Source of the DNA: a virus
Taxonomy: Duplodnaviria; Heunggongvirae; Uroviricota; Caudoviricetes
IMG/VR virus record: IMGVR_UViG_2690316002_000017
Length of the DNA stretch: 18,886 bases
Direction: 5' to 3' (one strand)
In this document: one piece after another, positions 16,848 to 18,886 of the stretch
Position numbering within the stretch: position 1 is the stretch's first letter
Layout of the letters: every line of letters begins with the position of its first letter
Program-made: the position numbers and the translations under genes
The notes under the pieces: generated by a model
The model's database searches: none
Told to the model about the DNA's origin: nothing
Seen by the model: only the letters and a program-made list of their open reading frames with translations

Positions 16848-17080
16848 TTCCAGACCCTCCGGCTTTTCAGAAAGGTCAGAGCCTTTTTTAACGGACTCTG
16901 TTTTTTGGTACGGATAATGATTCCCTTGCGCCCCTTCCCGTGGGTGATGGTGAAGTCAATCGCCCTGGGGCTTTCGTTACGCAATAACTGAGCAATACAA
17001 CGAGGCTCGTTCATCCTTTCCACCTTAAGCCGCACGGCCATGTCTTGATTTGCTGTAACTAATGCGATTTTTCCAGTCAT
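16844..17080 (-). CDS. Hypothetical small protein between the Cox-like gene and B
   Basis: Track ORF 16844..17104 overlaps the Cox-like gene by 80 nt. Internal ATG at 17080 gives 78 aa (MTGKIALVTANQDMAVRLKV...), the size of the P2 orf in this slot. Start is uncertain. Confidence 0.45.
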   Translation of the reverse strand: MTGKIALVTANQDMAVRLKVERMNEPRCIAQLLRNESPRAIDFTITHGKGRKGIIIRTKKQSPLKKALTFLKSRRVWK

Positions 17081-17381
17081 GCCATTCTGTCGGAGCTTCA
17101 TCAACTAGCTGGGCTGCGTACTTGTCCCACTCACGACGATTAATCCATAACTCAGCATGACCGCCCGGCTTTAATGGGTCCGTCATATAAAAGGCTGGTA
17201 ACTTGCCTGCTTTCGCCATTTCAGCAACAGCACGAGGCGTCTTACCGATGTAAAGAGCAAAACCCTCTTTCGAGAGCAAATCCGACGGTGCGGCTGCAAG
17301 TTTGATGTCACATTTTTTACTTTTTGTGAGATCAGATACTTTTTCTCCAACATCGTTATTCATTTCTGATCCAATACTCAT
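17025..17381 (-). CDS. Cox-like HTH protein (excision/immunity-switch regulator candidate)
   Basis: ATG at 17381 preceded by GAGGA gives about 118 aa. The segment FALYIGKTPRAVAEMAKAGKLPAFYMTDP resembles the P2 Cox core as I recall it. Divergent from the C repressor gene. The track ORF starts at TTG 17411. Confidence 0.6.
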   Translation of the reverse strand: MSIGSEMNNDVGEKVSDLTKSKKCDIKLAAAPSDLLSKEGFALYIGKTPRAVAEMAKAGKLPAFYMTDPLKPGGHAELWINRREWDKYAAQLVDEAPTEWHDWKNRISYSKSRHGRAA

Positions 17382-17485
17382 TTTGATATCCTCAACTTTG
17401 GTGCCATTCAATCAGAGCTATTTGAAGCCGCTCTGCGTTGTTCTGGCGTGTCGCATACAACATAAATTACGAGATACGACAATTC
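17382..17485. promoter_or_regulatory. Immunity switch region between the divergent Cox-like and C genes (expected Pe/Pc promoters and operators)
   Basis: 104-nt spacer between divergent regulator genes, as in the P2 transcriptional switch. A short direct repeat TACGA-GA-TACGA lies just upstream of the C start. Operators are not defined. Confidence 0.45.
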
Positions 17486-17797
17486 ATGTCAAATACACAA
17501 ATCACATCTCAAGCAGAGAAACTCGCACTTATTCGGGAATCAGAAAGAATGACAAGGAAGCAAGTTGCTGAATTAACTGGAATTAACTACAACACCTATG
17601 CTGGATATGAGCAGGGAAAAGTAAAGATGTCTTTTGACGCAGGTATGAAATTTTTCAAGCCAGAAAGATTTCGCAAGTACCGTGACTGGTTCATGTTTGA
17701 TGAAACTGATCCCGCTGGCGGACAAATAGCCCCGGCGCTCGCGCACATTGGGCAAGACTCAACAACCTTGCACCACTCAGACCAAAAGACTGGCTGA
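17486..17797 (+). CDS. C: Immunity repressor C
   Basis: ATG at 17486 gives 103 aa with the HTH MTRKQVAELTGINYNTYAGYEQGK and C-terminal GQIAPALAHIGQ...SDQKTG, resembling the P2 C repressor C-terminus as I recall it. Directly upstream of int, as in P2. Confidence 0.8.
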   Translation: MSNTQITSQAEKLALIRESERMTRKQVAELTGINYNTYAGYEQGKVKMSFDAGMKFFKPERFRKYRDWFMFDETDPAGGQIAPALAHIGQDSTTLHHSDQKTG

Positions 17798-17890
17798 CGA
17801 TTTATTCAGCATATGTGTGCAGTAAATGTACGAAAGAAAATTGCATTAATTTTCAAGTAGTAGAAGTAAACAGCGTCATCGGAGGGCTTT

Positions 17891-18886
17891 ATGTCTATTA
17901 AAAAGCTCGATGATGGTCGTTATGAAGTGGACGTCAGACCGCAGGGTGCAGATGGAAAACGTATCAGGCGGAAATTTAAAACTAAAGGTGAAGCTCAAGC
18001 ATTCGAACGTCATGTCCTGGTTAACTACCACAACAAAGAGTGGTTGGAGAAGCCGGCCGACCGCCGAACTCTTACAGAGTTGTTAGGCAGATGGTGGATA
18101 TATCACGGAAAATCACATGAGCGTGGAGATATTGAACGAGGGCGTTTGACGACAATAATCGCCAAATTTGCCGAGATGGGAGTGTCCAGGGCGGACCAGC
18201 TAACAAAGAAAACGATAACTGATTATCGCGTTGTAATGATGAACGATGGCCTAAAACCAGCCAGCGTAAATCGGCATCTGGCAATAATGAGCGGGATGTT
18301 CACCAAGTTAATTGACGCCGGTGAATATCACTCTCACAACCCGTTCCGTGAGGTTAAGCGGTTACGTGAAGCTGTTACGGAAATGGCTTTTTTGTCCAGT
18401 GAAGAGATTACGCGGCTGTTATCCATGCTTGATGGTGATGAGTTAAATGCAACTCTGGTCTGCCTTTCTACTGGTGGACGCTGGAGTGAAGTGTCTAATT
18501 TGAAAGCTGAACACATCATTAACCAGATGGTTACGTTTATGAAAACTAAAAACGGAAAGCGCAGGACAATTCCCGTTTCGCAGGACCTGATTAAACGGAT
18601 CAAGACCAAAAATTCAGGCAGGCTTTTTAATGCCAGTTACTACAAAGTGCGCAACGCTCTCAGGGAAGTAAAACCCGATTTACCTGACGGACAGGCAGTG
18701 CATGTTTTGAGGCATACATTTGCCACACATTTTATAATGAATGGAGGTAACATAATCACATTGCAGCGCATCCTGGGTCATTCTAACATTCAGCAAACTA
18801 TGACCTACGCACACTTTGCACCGGATTTCTTACAAGATGCTGTGACTCTTAACCCGGTGTCAGGAATGTCCATAATGCGTCCATAA
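17891..18886 (+). CDS. int: Tyrosine integrase (site-specific recombinase)
   Basis: 331-aa ORF starting MSIKKLDDGRYEVDVRPQGADGKRIRRKF, like P2 Int. GGAGGG before the ATG. C-terminal catalytic signature (VLRHTFATHF ... LGHSNIQQTMTYAHF). Stop codon is the last three bases of the window. Confidence 0.95.
   Translation: MSIKKLDDGRYEVDVRPQGADGKRIRRKFKTKGEAQAFERHVLVNYHNKEWLEKPADRRTLTELLGRWWIYHGKSHERGDIERGRLTTIIAKFAEMGVSRADQLTKKTITDYRVVMMNDGLKPASVNRHLAIMSGMFTKLIDAGEYHSHNPFREVKRLREAVTEMAFLSSEEITRLLSMLDGDELNATLVCLSTGGRWSEVSNLKAEHIINQMVTFMKTKNGKRRTIPVSQDLIKRIKTKNSGRLFNASYYKVRNALREVKPDLPDGQAVHVLRHTFATHFIMNGGNIITLQRILGHSNIQQTMTYAHFAPDFLQDAVTLNPVSGMSIMRP

Noticed and set aside
1-18886. CRISPR arrays, tRNA or rRNA genes, insertion sequences
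   Set aside because: No regularly spaced direct repeats, no tRNA-like cloverleaf candidates next to int within the window (the window ends at the int stop), and no transposase-like ORFs or terminal inverted repeats were seen.

Overview
This window is almost entirely a P2-like (Peduovirus-type) temperate phage in prophage gene order, running opposite to the standard P2 map. On the minus strand lie the late genes W (5' part only), V, S, R, lysB (cut by an N-run), lysA, K, Y, X, L, M, N and O. A divergent late-promoter region separates O from the plus-strand terminase P and portal Q. Q is followed by a terminator hairpin and a 19-nt element (10218-10236) that differs at one position from the P2 cos sequence as I recall it. 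On the right are the early genes: replication gene A (minus, interrupted by an N-run), small early ORFs including a TraR/DksA-type zinc finger, replication gene B, a Cox-like gene, then the C repressor and a tyrosine integrase (plus) ending exactly at the window edge. The one clearly non-P2 segment is a visibly AT-rich block of about 2.7 kb (about 10.26-12.96 kb) sitting where P2 carries tin/old. It encodes a C5-cytosine methyltransferase (minus), a small HTH protein (plus) and a 235-aa protein with a textbook PD-(D/E)xK nuclease signature (plus), the layout of a controller-regulated Type II restriction-modification module. The most unusual detail is that the nuclease frame stays open for 104 codons upstream of its first ATG with no ATG/GTG/TTG, and an A6 homopolymer lies where short ATG-initiated ORFs in another frame would join it. 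All protein identifications are from reading translations against remembered P2 proteins and motifs; no database search, GC calculation or structure prediction was run.
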